From: Desulfocapsa sulfexigens DSM 10523
GTDB taxonomy: Bacteria; Desulfobacterota; Desulfobulbia; Desulfobulbales; Desulfocapsaceae
Assembly (NCBI RefSeq): GCF_000341395.1
Contig: NC_020304.1
Span: 660,001-692,000 of the forward strand
Reading direction: 5' to 3'
Length of the DNA: 32,000 bases
Positions 1-8,434 of this stretch are shown in pieces. The notes beneath the pieces were generated by a model, which worked only from the letters and a program-made list of their open reading frames with translations, was not told the DNA's origin and made no database searches. Numbering within the stretch: position 1 is the stretch's first letter; every line of letters begins with the position of its first letter. The translations under genes and the position numbers were made by a program.

Positions 1-1401
1 GAAAACATACGCGACAATTTCCATTTCACCTCGCGGCATCAAAATAACAGAAGCAGCACATCTTTCAGTTCCACCTACAGTGACGACAGGAGAAGCACCG
101 AAGACAGTGATACTAAAATCACTACGTTCAACAACAGTCTCACGAACAACTATCAAATAACCAGTGACAATACAATCAAACTCAACTCATTCCTGACGTA
201 CAGAACCCAGGATAGTGATGTGTTTGATACAGCGAACCTCCGACTGCGAGAACAGCTGAACTGGCGGCATCGTGCAAATCTGCGATCAAACTATTCATTT
301 ACCCACACCCTGCAGGAAACCGACAACACACAGTCCGAAAGAACAGCACTCGATGCCCGCTTAACACATCTTTTATATGAAAACCTCACCACAAACGTCG
401 GAAGCAAAGGCAGTCTCTATGATTACTCAGGGGGACGGGAGAATGCGTTCAATACTTTTCTTAATTTCACATACACCCGTCCCATCTCCTGGGGTACCCT
501 GAATCTAAACAGCGGTTGGGACTACCTCTATACAGACCGCAGCGGATTCACCAGTTCAATTGCTCAGGTAACCAATGAACCACACACCCTGAGCCCTGCC
601 ACCGAAACCTACCTGGCCAACTATGGCGTACGAACTGAGTCCATCGTTGTAACCAATACTCCCGGAACAATCATCTATATTGAAAACATAGACTACAGCG
701 TCGACACCATCGGTGATTACACCAGAATAAATTTTCTCTCCTTTGGCTCCATAGCAGCCGGACAATCTGTCATGGTCAGCTACAGCTACACCCGAGATGC
801 AGAGTATGATGACGGTATAGCCACCGAGAACTATGGTATGAACATACATTTGTTTAATAGCTTGGATTTTTCCTACAATTACCTGCACACCAAACAACAC
901 ATTCTTTCTGGCCTGGAACCAAAGAACAAAATTGATGATACCATCCACAGATTCAAAATTCGTCATTACACAAACTGGGCTGATACCACCTTCCACTATG
1001 AAGACAACGACCGTGTTTCCAACCGTCCCTTTACCAGATGGGAACTCCAGGAGACATTAAGCTACAGGCCTGCATGGCAAGTACACTTTTCACTCAAGGG
1101 ATATTTTGGCCAAACCTCCTATACAGATGATAATGAAACAAAAGACTTTTATGGAGGAGTCACTACCTTTGACTGGCTCCTCAACCGCTGGTGCAGGTTT
1201 CGGTTGGAAGGGTATTATGACAATATCAATGGGGATGTGGAACAGACAGAAAATATCGGTGTCAAGGCAGGACTGGAATTCCGCTACCGTATCTGGACAG
1301 CACGACTAACCTATGAACTCACTGACCAGAACAATATAATAACGGATTATGAGCGAACGAAACAACTCCTTCGTTTTGAAATTATCCGCATCATGTGGTG
1401 A
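1..1401 (+). CDS. Outer-membrane beta-barrel protein (family not recognised), 5' end truncated by window edge
   Basis: Frame 1 is open from base 1 with no stop in 1-219, so the track's GTG at 220 is internal. Stop is TGA at 1399-1401. The protein is polar/aromatic-rich with alternating beta-strand patterns (e.g. LEFRYRIWTARLTYELT). The C-terminus ...LLRFEIIRIMW ends in an aromatic residue, as in an OMP beta-signal. There is a 3-nt gap to the next gene. Confidence 0.6.
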   Translation, partial: ENIRDNFHFTSRHQNNRSSTSFSSTYSDDRRSTEDSDTKITTFNNSLTNNYQITSDNTIKLNSFLTYRTQDSDVFDTANLRLREQLNWRHRANLRSNYSFTHTLQETDNTQSERTALDARLTHLLYENLTTNVGSKGSLYDYSGGRENAFNTFLNFTYTRPISWGTLNLNSGWDYLYTDRSGFTSSIAQVTNEPHTLSPATETYLANYGVRTESIVVTNTPGTIIYIENIDYSVDTIGDYTRINFLSFGSIAAGQSVMVSYSYTRDAEYDDGIATENYGMNIHLFNSLDFSYNYLHTKQHILSGLEPKNKIDDTIHRFKIRHYTNWADTTFHYEDNDRVSNRPFTRWELQETLSYRPAWQVHFSLKGYFGQTSYTDDNETKDFYGGVTTFDWLLNRWCRFRLEGYYDNINGDVEQTENIGVKAGLEFRYRIWTARLTYELTDQNNIITDYERTKQLLRFEIIRIMW

Positions 1402-1404
1402 ACC

Positions 1405-2499
1405 ATGTCTCTTCAACAAAGACAGAACATACATAAAATGATACAGAAAAAGTCCCACTTCAGCGGCATAGCCATTCTCCTGCTCCTCTTTTCCATTCTT
1501 TCTCTGCATGGCTGCACATCCAAACCCCTTGATCCACCTCCCCCACCTGTTGATCTGGTGTGGCCCGGAGGAGAAGAAATTTCACGGATCCGCTTTCTTG
1601 GCAGTATCTCAAAACCCGAAGATTTTCAGATAACAGAATCCTTCCTGGTCCGTTTTTGGGGCTATATCGTTGGTCACCAGGACAGGAGTCTGGTGGCCCC
1701 CTATGCAATAACCGGTGACAGGAAGGGCAGACTCTTTGTTGTTGACACCTTTTTACAAAAAGTTCAGTGCTTCGACGCTGCCGCCAAAAAATTCCACGCT
1801 TTCCCCGCTGAAGACAAACCCATGACATCTCCCATAGCCATCGCTGTAAACAACAGTACTAGCTTGATCTATGTTGCAGACTCCAAAGATGGCATAATCA
1901 AGGTTTTCAAGGGAGTAGATGATACCAATCCACAAAGCATTGGCAAAAATATCCTGCAACGTCCCACTGGCCTTGCTGTTCACCTGGAAAGGAACGAACT
2001 CTTTGTTGTAGACACCAAACTTTCACAAATTTTCAGGTTTGATCTGCAAACCCATGGCTTATTGGGTACGTTTGGTGCCAAGGGGAAACAAACAGGGCAA
2101 TTTAATCACCCCACCAATATCAGTATTGCGAGAGACGGCACCCTCCTTATCACGGATGCACTAAACTTCAGAATTCAGCGATACTCTGCCAGCGGTCAGT
2201 TTCTCCATACATTTGGATCTGCCGGGGACAGTCCCGGACATTTTTCCCGGCCCCGGGGCGTGGCCACTGACAGTGACAACAACATCTATGTGGTAGACGC
2301 CCTCTTTGACAACATCCAGATTTTTGATAATCAAGGTCGCCTGCTCATGGATTTTGGTAAATCAGGCAAAGAATATGGTGAATTCTGGTTACCTGCCGGC
2401 ATATATATCGACCCAAACGACAGGATCTACGTGGCTGATTCGTACAATAAGCGTATTCAGATTTTTCAGTATCTTAAACAGGATGGTTCGTTGCAATGA
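1405..2499 (+). CDS. NHL-repeat beta-propeller lipoprotein
   Basis: Signal peptide with a lipobox-like LSLHG|C. Repeated NHL-type units include FNHPTNISIARDGTLLITDALNFRIQRY, FSRPRGVATDSDNNIYVVDALFDNIQIF and FWLPAGIYIDPNDRIYVADSYNKRIQIF. The stop overlaps the next start (ATGA 2496-2499). Confidence 0.85.
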   Translation: MSLQQRQNIHKMIQKKSHFSGIAILLLLFSILSLHGCTSKPLDPPPPPVDLVWPGGEEISRIRFLGSISKPEDFQITESFLVRFWGYIVGHQDRSLVAPYAITGDRKGRLFVVDTFLQKVQCFDAAAKKFHAFPAEDKPMTSPIAIAVNNSTSLIYVADSKDGIIKVFKGVDDTNPQSIGKNILQRPTGLAVHLERNELFVVDTKLSQIFRFDLQTHGLLGTFGAKGKQTGQFNHPTNISIARDGTLLITDALNFRIQRYSASGQFLHTFGSAGDSPGHFSRPRGVATDSDNNIYVVDALFDNIQIFDNQGRLLMDFGKSGKEYGEFWLPAGIYIDPNDRIYVADSYNKRIQIFQYLKQDGSLQ

Positions 2500-4211
2500 A
2501 GAAAATTCATATCTGCGTATTAATTACTGGCCTGTTGCTCGGTTACGAAACAACAAGCCAGTCAGCCAGTATCGTTATCAGTAAACATAATCTTTCTATT
2601 AGCGGGCCCGGAGAGGTCAAATCGACAACGGAATCCAGAATCTGTGTCTTTTGCCACACCCCCCATAATGCACACCGGGATATTCCCTACCTGTGGAACC
2701 GTTCGGATCAGACAACCAACTATACACCCTATCAAAGTTCCACCATGTATGCAGCAATCGGTCAGCCCACCGGTGCATCAAAGCTCTGCCTCAGTTGTCA
2801 CGACGGAACCATCGCTCTAGGAGCGGTCCTTTCCCAGGCAACAGAAATACCATTTGCCGGTGGATTTCGTACCCTGCCCAATACCAGACCCTCATACCTT
2901 GGTACAGATCTTTCCGATGATCATCCAATTTCCTTTAGTTATCAAACCAGTATTGACCAGGGAAACTCCGAACTCGCTGTCACCAATGCCCTGCCGACAG
3001 AAATCAGTCTCGATGATGGCGGCCAGCTCCAGTGCACGGCATGCCATGACCCTCATGACAATACCTGGGGAAACTTTCTGGTGATGTCCAACCAGTTCTC
3101 GGCTCTCTGCACAGGGTGCCACATAAAAAATGGTTGGGTCAACAGTACCCATGCCGTCTCCACAGCCCAATGGAACGGTCAGGATGTCGATCCGTGGCCA
3201 AACACAGAATACACTTCGGTTGCACAGAATGGGTGTGAGAACTGTCACCGGCCTCACAGTGCAGGCAGACATCAACGGCTCCTGAAACGTGAATTTGAAG
3301 AGGACAACTGCCTTGTCTGCCACAACAGCAATGTTGCTCCTTTGAGCATTGAAGCTGAGCTGGTCAAAAGTTACACCCACCCCGTGGGCAATTACACGGG
3401 CATACACGATGCAGCAGAAGACTTTTCCACCAACAGCGTGGCCAATCATGTGGAGTGTGAGGATTGTCACAATCCGCACACCGTAACTGGTACCAGCGCA
3501 GTTGCCCCCTCCGTTTCCGGAAGAAACAGTGGTGTGCTTGGAGTTGACTCAGGGGGACAACAAATCACCTCCGCCGACAACCTCTATGAAATCTGTTTCA
3601 AATGTCATGCTGACAACAATGTAATCACGACACCGGCCATCACCCGCCAGATTGATCAGCTGAACACCCGCCTTGAATTCAGTCTGGGCAATCCCTCATT
3701 TCATCCGGTCATGCAGGCCACAGGCAGCACAGATGTCCCGAGTCTCCTGCCCCCATATACCAGCAGCAGCATTATCTACTGCACAGATTGTCATGGATCT
3801 GACAATCCCGATGGAGCACAGGGCCCCCATGGCTCCAACAATGAACATCTCCTGGTGGCAAATTACACCACCGTTGACAACACCATAGAAAGCCCTGATG
3901 CCTATGCCCTCTGCTATAGATGTCACGATCGGGATATCATCCTGGCACCTCTGCAAAGTGCCTTCAGACTGCATTTCAAGCATATACAACAGGAAAATGC
4001 GCCCTGCTCGGTTTGTCATGATGCACATGGGATCAATGCAAGCCAGGGAAGTGCTTCCCAAAACAGAGCGCTGATCAATTTTGACACCACAGTGGTTACA
4101 CCCAACTCTGCAGGCGATCTCTATTTTTCAGGGGATGACCTTACTCAGAATAAATGTGCCCTGACCTGTCATGGAGTCGACCATGAGCCAAGAGCATACT
4201 CAAGAAATTAG
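2496..4211 (+). CDS. Secreted multihaem c-type cytochrome (11 CXXCH + 1 CX3CH)
   Basis: N-terminal signal peptide (MKKIHICVLITGLLLG...SQSAS). Eleven CXXCH motifs: CVFCH, CLSCH, CTACH, CTGCH, CENCH, CLVCH, CEDCH, CFKCH, CTDCH, CYRCH, CSVCH. A C-terminal CALTCH sits at 4155-4172. Many motifs are CH-x-PH type, as in Geobacter-style paired-CXXCH cytochromes. Confidence 0.9.
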   Translation: MKKIHICVLITGLLLGYETTSQSASIVISKHNLSISGPGEVKSTTESRICVFCHTPHNAHRDIPYLWNRSDQTTNYTPYQSSTMYAAIGQPTGASKLCLSCHDGTIALGAVLSQATEIPFAGGFRTLPNTRPSYLGTDLSDDHPISFSYQTSIDQGNSELAVTNALPTEISLDDGGQLQCTACHDPHDNTWGNFLVMSNQFSALCTGCHIKNGWVNSTHAVSTAQWNGQDVDPWPNTEYTSVAQNGCENCHRPHSAGRHQRLLKREFEEDNCLVCHNSNVAPLSIEAELVKSYTHPVGNYTGIHDAAEDFSTNSVANHVECEDCHNPHTVTGTSAVAPSVSGRNSGVLGVDSGGQQITSADNLYEICFKCHADNNVITTPAITRQIDQLNTRLEFSLGNPSFHPVMQATGSTDVPSLLPPYTSSSIIYCTDCHGSDNPDGAQGPHGSNNEHLLVANYTTVDNTIESPDAYALCYRCHDRDIILAPLQSAFRLHFKHIQQENAPCSVCHDAHGINASQGSASQNRALINFDTTVVTPNSAGDLYFSGDDLTQNKCALTCHGVDHEPRAYSRN

Positions 4212-4296
4212 TGGAACACCCGTTATCACAAAGAGATACGATCACAAAACATAAGCAACAGCAGTCTTTTAAACCCCTGGGAAGAGGAGAAACAGT

Positions 4297-5679
4297 ATGA
4301 ACAGCAGTAAAAAAACAAAAAGATATCAATCATCAACATGGATTAAACTTTGTCCAATAGTCTTTATTGCAGGCATGTTTGTGCTGGAAGCCTGCGCTGC
4401 GAAGGATACGGCCGCCAATGTCAACATAAAGGCCGGCCAATCCTGTTCCACATCAGACTGCCACCCAAAAATGGGAAAAGATGCCTATGTGCATGGACCT
4501 GTGGCAACCGGCGACTGCTCCTTCTGTCACAAACAGGAAAACAAGGACAAACATATCTTTCAACCAATAAAAAATGTTGAAGCCCTCTGTTATGAATGCC
4601 ACGACAAGCTCGACATGGGTTCTGTGGTTCATCAGCCTGTGGCAGACGGCAACTGCACCGGTTGTCACAGCCCACATCAGTCCGCCAACCAGTTCCAGCT
4701 CAAGGGGGACGGACCAGGACTCTGTTACGAATGCCATGACAAGAGTATTGGTGGCGGAAAATTTGTCCACGGTCCTGTTGCTGCAGACGGATGTGTTGTC
4801 TGTCATGCCCCCCATTCGTCAGATTCACCCAAAATGCTGATGGCAGAGGGAAACGATATCTGTTTTTCATGCCATTCTGACAAACAGGATGAATTTGCCG
4901 GAAAGGAATTTGTTCACGGCCCCGTCTCTGACGGCTGTATTGAGTGCCACAGCCCGCACAGCAGCGACTTTCAATTCAGCCTGTCAGGTGAAAGCACTCA
5001 GGGGGTTTGTTTTACCTGCCATGAGGATAAGAAGGATGAAATTGCCCAGGTAACTGTAAAGCACGGGGGCCTTGAAACAGACCGCGGCTGTATGGCCTGT
5101 CACAATCCACACGTTTCATCTTTTCCCCAACAGCTTGACATGGCTCCAATGGATCTTTGTCTCTCCTGCCACGACAAAGAGTATAAACATGCAGACGGTG
5201 TCTCGGTTGCTAACATGAAAATCCTGCTTGATAATAACAGCAACCACCACGGTCCCATTGCGGATAAGGATTGTTCAGGTTGTCATAACACCCATGGATC
5301 GAAAGATTTCCGTATCCTGAGAGGCTATTACCCAAAAAAGTTTTATGCTTCCTATAATCCGGACAACTTTAAACTCTGTTTTATGTGTCATAATGACACT
5401 CTGGTCAAGGATGCCAAGACAACAACCCTGACAGGCTTCCGAAACGGTGACCAGAACCTCCATTATGTCCATGTCAATAAAACCCCAAAGGGTCGTACCT
5501 GCCGTGCCTGTCATGATGCCCATGCGACAAAAAATCCGAAGCACATAACGGACACCGTCCCCTTTGGAGCCTACCAGATGCCCGTTGGATTCACTAAAAG
5601 CAACAAGGGCGGCACCTGTCTTCCAGGTTGCCATCAGGAATTCACATACGATAGAGACAACAAGGTGAAAAACAGATGA
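4297..5679 (+). CDS. Secreted (possibly lipid-anchored) multihaem c-type cytochrome (13 CXXCH + CX4CH + CX3CH), built from repeated dihaem modules
   Basis: GAGGAG RBS at 4284-4289, 7 nt before the ATG. Signal peptide has a possible lipobox VLEA|C. There are 13 CXXCH motifs plus CSTSDCH (4444-4464) and CLPGCH (5617-5634). The module (F/Y/V)VHGPV-x3-4-CxxCH-xPH...C(Y/F)xCH(D/S)K recurs and resembles c7/c3-type units. Confidence 0.9.
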   Translation: MNSSKKTKRYQSSTWIKLCPIVFIAGMFVLEACAAKDTAANVNIKAGQSCSTSDCHPKMGKDAYVHGPVATGDCSFCHKQENKDKHIFQPIKNVEALCYECHDKLDMGSVVHQPVADGNCTGCHSPHQSANQFQLKGDGPGLCYECHDKSIGGGKFVHGPVAADGCVVCHAPHSSDSPKMLMAEGNDICFSCHSDKQDEFAGKEFVHGPVSDGCIECHSPHSSDFQFSLSGESTQGVCFTCHEDKKDEIAQVTVKHGGLETDRGCMACHNPHVSSFPQQLDMAPMDLCLSCHDKEYKHADGVSVANMKILLDNNSNHHGPIADKDCSGCHNTHGSKDFRILRGYYPKKFYASYNPDNFKLCFMCHNDTLVKDAKTTTLTGFRNGDQNLHYVHVNKTPKGRTCRACHDAHATKNPKHITDTVPFGAYQMPVGFTKSNKGGTCLPGCHQEFTYDRDNKVKNR

Positions 5680-6179
5680 ATACAAAATCGGTTTTCCTCG
5701 TTCTCATGGTTTTCATATCGACAACAGGCTTACTGCAGGCCTCTTCTGCAACAGGAAAAGAAGCGCTGTGCGAAAAAACCGCCTCATCTCTTGCACGTGA
5801 GGGAAAACTTGATGAAGGGATTAATGAAATCAGACACTGTATAGAAAAAGGAAGCTCTGGAGCCAAGAGTCATGTTGTCCTTGGCTACCTTCTTCTTGAA
5901 AAAGGTGAGCCCCAGCAAGCAATGGCATCTTTTGAAAAAGCGTTGCAACTCCGTCCACGCTCCAGTGACGCTAAGACCGGAAAGGGAATAATCCTGGCAC
6001 AACAGGGGGATCTAAAAGGGGCTGAAGCAATCCTTCAGGATGCCTTAAAATTAAACCCGGATCCGGCCCGCACATACTATGAGCTTGGTATTCTCTACCA
6101 ACAGCTTGGTGATACACAACAGGCTGTTGACTTTTTTAAGCAGGGAATTGCATCCTACGAAGAGGAAAAAGGCAAATGA
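5676..6179 (+). CDS. Secreted TPR-repeat protein
   Basis: Signal peptide MNTKSVFLVLMVFISTTGLLQASSA. TPR-like units include VVLGYLLLEKGEPQQAMASFEKALQLRP, GKGIILAQQGDLKGAEAILQDALKLNP and YYELGILYQQLGDTQQAVDFFKQGI. ATGA overlaps at both ends (5676-5679, 6176-6179). Confidence 0.8.
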   Translation: MNTKSVFLVLMVFISTTGLLQASSATGKEALCEKTASSLAREGKLDEGINEIRHCIEKGSSGAKSHVVLGYLLLEKGEPQQAMASFEKALQLRPRSSDAKTGKGIILAQQGDLKGAEAILQDALKLNPDPARTYYELGILYQQLGDTQQAVDFFKQGIASYEEEKGK

Positions 6180-7309
6180 CAAGAAAACCCCACACACGAT
6201 TCTTTCCCAGGAAGAAAAATCTTCTGATTATTCTTTTTGCAACATTTGCCCTGCTCCAGAGTTCCATTTCTGTGCCTGCCCTCAAAACACTGGGAGTGGG
6301 GACAGAGGCACCTGACTTTGAGCTGGTGGATCTCAACGGTAAAAAACAGAATTTCTCGTCAATCAGGGGGGACAAACAGACCATTCTCCTCTTTTGGGCC
6401 TCCTGGAGCAGGCAGTCGGAAAAAGCTCTTAAGGAGATGGAAAAGCTTCATATAAAGTATAAGGACATGGGACTATCGGTTGTCGGTATCAATGTTGAAA
6501 GACAAACCATAGATGCCAAAGCCATGACTGACATTCAGGGGATACATGATCGTCTCCAGATCACGTTTCCCATCCTGATCGACCGTGGGCTTGTCTCTTT
6601 TCATGACTATGGAGTTATTGCAGTACCCACTACGGTCATCCTGGACAAGGACAGGCAAATAGCCTTTGAGCTTTCGGGTTTTCCTCTGGTTGGAGCACGG
6701 GATATGATCCACTTTGTTGCAGCGTCCATTGAAGGCAAAGAGGCAACCGTTGTGCTTGCTGAAAAAACAGGATACCAGCCTGACAAAAAGGCTGTTCGAT
6801 CCTGGAACATGGGAGTAAAAGCCCTGAATTCAAAACGCACCTACAAATCCGCTGAAATGTGGTTTAAAAAAGCGATTCAGGCAGATCCTAAATTCATCCA
6901 GCCATATCTCAGTCTGGGTATCTTTTACCAGGAACAGGGCAAGCCGCCACAGGCAAGAGAACAATTTCAACGGGTTCTCCAGGAACAGCCAGACAACGTG
7001 AAAGCCCTGAGTCAAATGGGTCTCTCACTTCTGGAGGAAGGTTCCCTCGCATCCGCACGGGAAATGCTGGAAAAAGCGATCAAAGCAGACGAGGCACACA
7101 CACCAAGCTTCTACTATCTGGGCTACCTCACCGGCAGGGAAGGTGACCTGAAAAAAGCGGCTGAACTGTTTACTAATGCTGAAGAAATCAATCCAATGGA
7201 TTACCGGATAAATGTGTATCGGGGCATGATGTTTGAGGAGCAGAACAATCTGAGTGAGGCGGCAAGGAGTTACAAAAATGCTCTCAAACAGCTGTTAAAT
7301 TTACAATGA
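6176..7309 (+). CDS. Thioredoxin-fold (TlpA/ResA/CcmG-like) domain lacking active-site cysteines, fused to C-terminal TPR repeats
   Basis: N-terminal hydrophobic signal or anchor. The redoxin-like core reads APDFELVDLNGKKQNFSSIRGDKQTILLFWASWSRQSEKAL...GLSVVGINVE...FPILIDRG...YGVIAVPTTVILDKDRQI. The usual W-C-x-x-C is W-S-R-Q-S (6404-6418). The C-terminal half is TPR (YLSLGIFYQEQGKPPQAREQFQRVLQEQPDN...). Confidence 0.8.
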   Translation: MTRKPHTRFFPRKKNLLIILFATFALLQSSISVPALKTLGVGTEAPDFELVDLNGKKQNFSSIRGDKQTILLFWASWSRQSEKALKEMEKLHIKYKDMGLSVVGINVERQTIDAKAMTDIQGIHDRLQITFPILIDRGLVSFHDYGVIAVPTTVILDKDRQIAFELSGFPLVGARDMIHFVAASIEGKEATVVLAEKTGYQPDKKAVRSWNMGVKALNSKRTYKSAEMWFKKAIQADPKFIQPYLSLGIFYQEQGKPPQAREQFQRVLQEQPDNVKALSQMGLSLLEEGSLASAREMLEKAIKADEAHTPSFYYLGYLTGREGDLKKAAELFTNAEEINPMDYRINVYRGMMFEEQNNLSEAARSYKNALKQLLNLQ

Positions 7310-8295
7310 AACTCCTACGTCACACTCCATATATTGTGCTGGCTGTGCTGGTCTTCTGTACCATTGACGGCAGAGCTGGCACAGGATTTTCGGTACAGTT
7401 TCCTCCACCCAACAGCTATATTGAAAATGAACATCTCAGTATCATCCTGGAGCCTGGAAACCGGGGGGTAGATCAGATACGGATTGTATCAGGGAAAAAG
7501 GCGCCCCTCAACATTCCCGTACGATCTGGCAGCACCAAGGTCTGTTTCGGAGTTTCTCTTGACAAAGGGATGAACACCATACAGATCACCGGGCTGAAAC
7601 AGGGAAAGATCGTTGCGCAGACAGATCGTACTGTTTTCTTTCGCTCCGATCTTTTTCCCAGATTCAGAGTTCCCCCAGCTGAATTCAAACGATATTATTT
7701 TCATTTTATCAACAACGAAAAGAGCTGCGCCAGCTGCCATGACATGGAACCAACCCTCAGCAGTCTCCGCCCTGAATCCCCAAAACAATCGCCCTGCTAC
7801 ACATGCCATTCGACAAAAAGTAGCGATGCATTTACCCACAATCCGGCCGCACAATGGACCTGTTTTGCCTGTCATGAGGTACTCCGAGGGGAACGAAAAT
7901 ACACCTCTCCAAAACCGGATCAGAAGGTGTGTTATCCATGCCACAATTATGAAGTGAGGGACTGGAAAAAAAAGAAACTGATGCACGGGCCAACGGCTGT
8001 TGGTCATTGTACTCTCTGCCACAATCCACATGGCTCAAAGTGGCCGGCACTGCTACGGATGCAGACCACTGACCTCTGTGTAAACTGTCACGAAGATAAG
8101 GCCTCGGGTGCCCACGTCATCGCAGGATTTTACGGCAAGGGACACCCGGTCAGGGGAGTCAAGGATCCCTTTAATCCAAAGCGGGAATTCACCTGTGCCG
8201 GCTGCCACAATCCACATGCCGGAGATTCACAAAGTCTCCTGAATCACGACAACAGCAATATGACTACGTATTGTACTCTCTGCCACAAAATGTAG
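7306..8295 (+). CDS. Secreted octahaem c-type cytochrome with N-terminal beta-sandwich-like domain
   Basis: Signal peptide present. The first ~130 aa are haem-free and beta-rich. Eight CXXCH motifs follow: CASCH, CYTCH, CFACH, CYPCH, CTLCH, CVNCH, CAGCH, CTLCH. The start overlaps the upstream stop (ATGA 7306-7309). Confidence 0.9.
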   Translation: MKLLRHTPYIVLAVLVFCTIDGRAGTGFSVQFPPPNSYIENEHLSIILEPGNRGVDQIRIVSGKKAPLNIPVRSGSTKVCFGVSLDKGMNTIQITGLKQGKIVAQTDRTVFFRSDLFPRFRVPPAEFKRYYFHFINNEKSCASCHDMEPTLSSLRPESPKQSPCYTCHSTKSSDAFTHNPAAQWTCFACHEVLRGERKYTSPKPDQKVCYPCHNYEVRDWKKKKLMHGPTAVGHCTLCHNPHGSKWPALLRMQTTDLCVNCHEDKASGAHVIAGFYGKGHPVRGVKDPFNPKREFTCAGCHNPHAGDSQSLLNHDNSNMTTYCTLCHKM

Positions 8296-8330
8296 ATACC
8301 TCCCCTCCGACCACCAGTGGATGACGACAA

Positions 8331-8346
8331 TGGCACATGGTTTGCA
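8331..8346 (+). promoter_or_regulatory. Sigma54 (RpoN) -24/-12 promoter element upstream of hsp20
   Basis: The sequence is TGGCAC-atggt-TTGCA (TGGCAC 8331-8336, TTGCA 8342-8346). It matches the consensus TGGCAC-N5-TTGCW exactly and ends 88 nt upstream of the hsp20 ATG. It lies in the 139-nt gap after the cytochrome operon. Confidence 0.55.
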
Positions 8347-8434
8347 TTTAATGGTGTTACAAGATATCCTTATTGTGTGTTGCCGACAATAACTTCGGTC
8401 AACATTTATTAACTCTCAGCATGGAGGATACATC

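Noticed and set aside
4212-4227. Sigma54-like TGGAAC-N5-TTATC between the two large cytochrome genes.
   Set aside because: The -12 element lacks the essential GC dinucleotide. The genes are probably co-transcribed.
8366-8429. Possible RNA-thermometer pairing in the hsp20 leader (AUCCUU 8366-8371 with the SD GGAGGAU 8423-8429).
   Set aside because: The complementarity is only 6 bp (one wobble) across ~50 nt, and I cannot compute the fold or see a ROSE/fourU signature.
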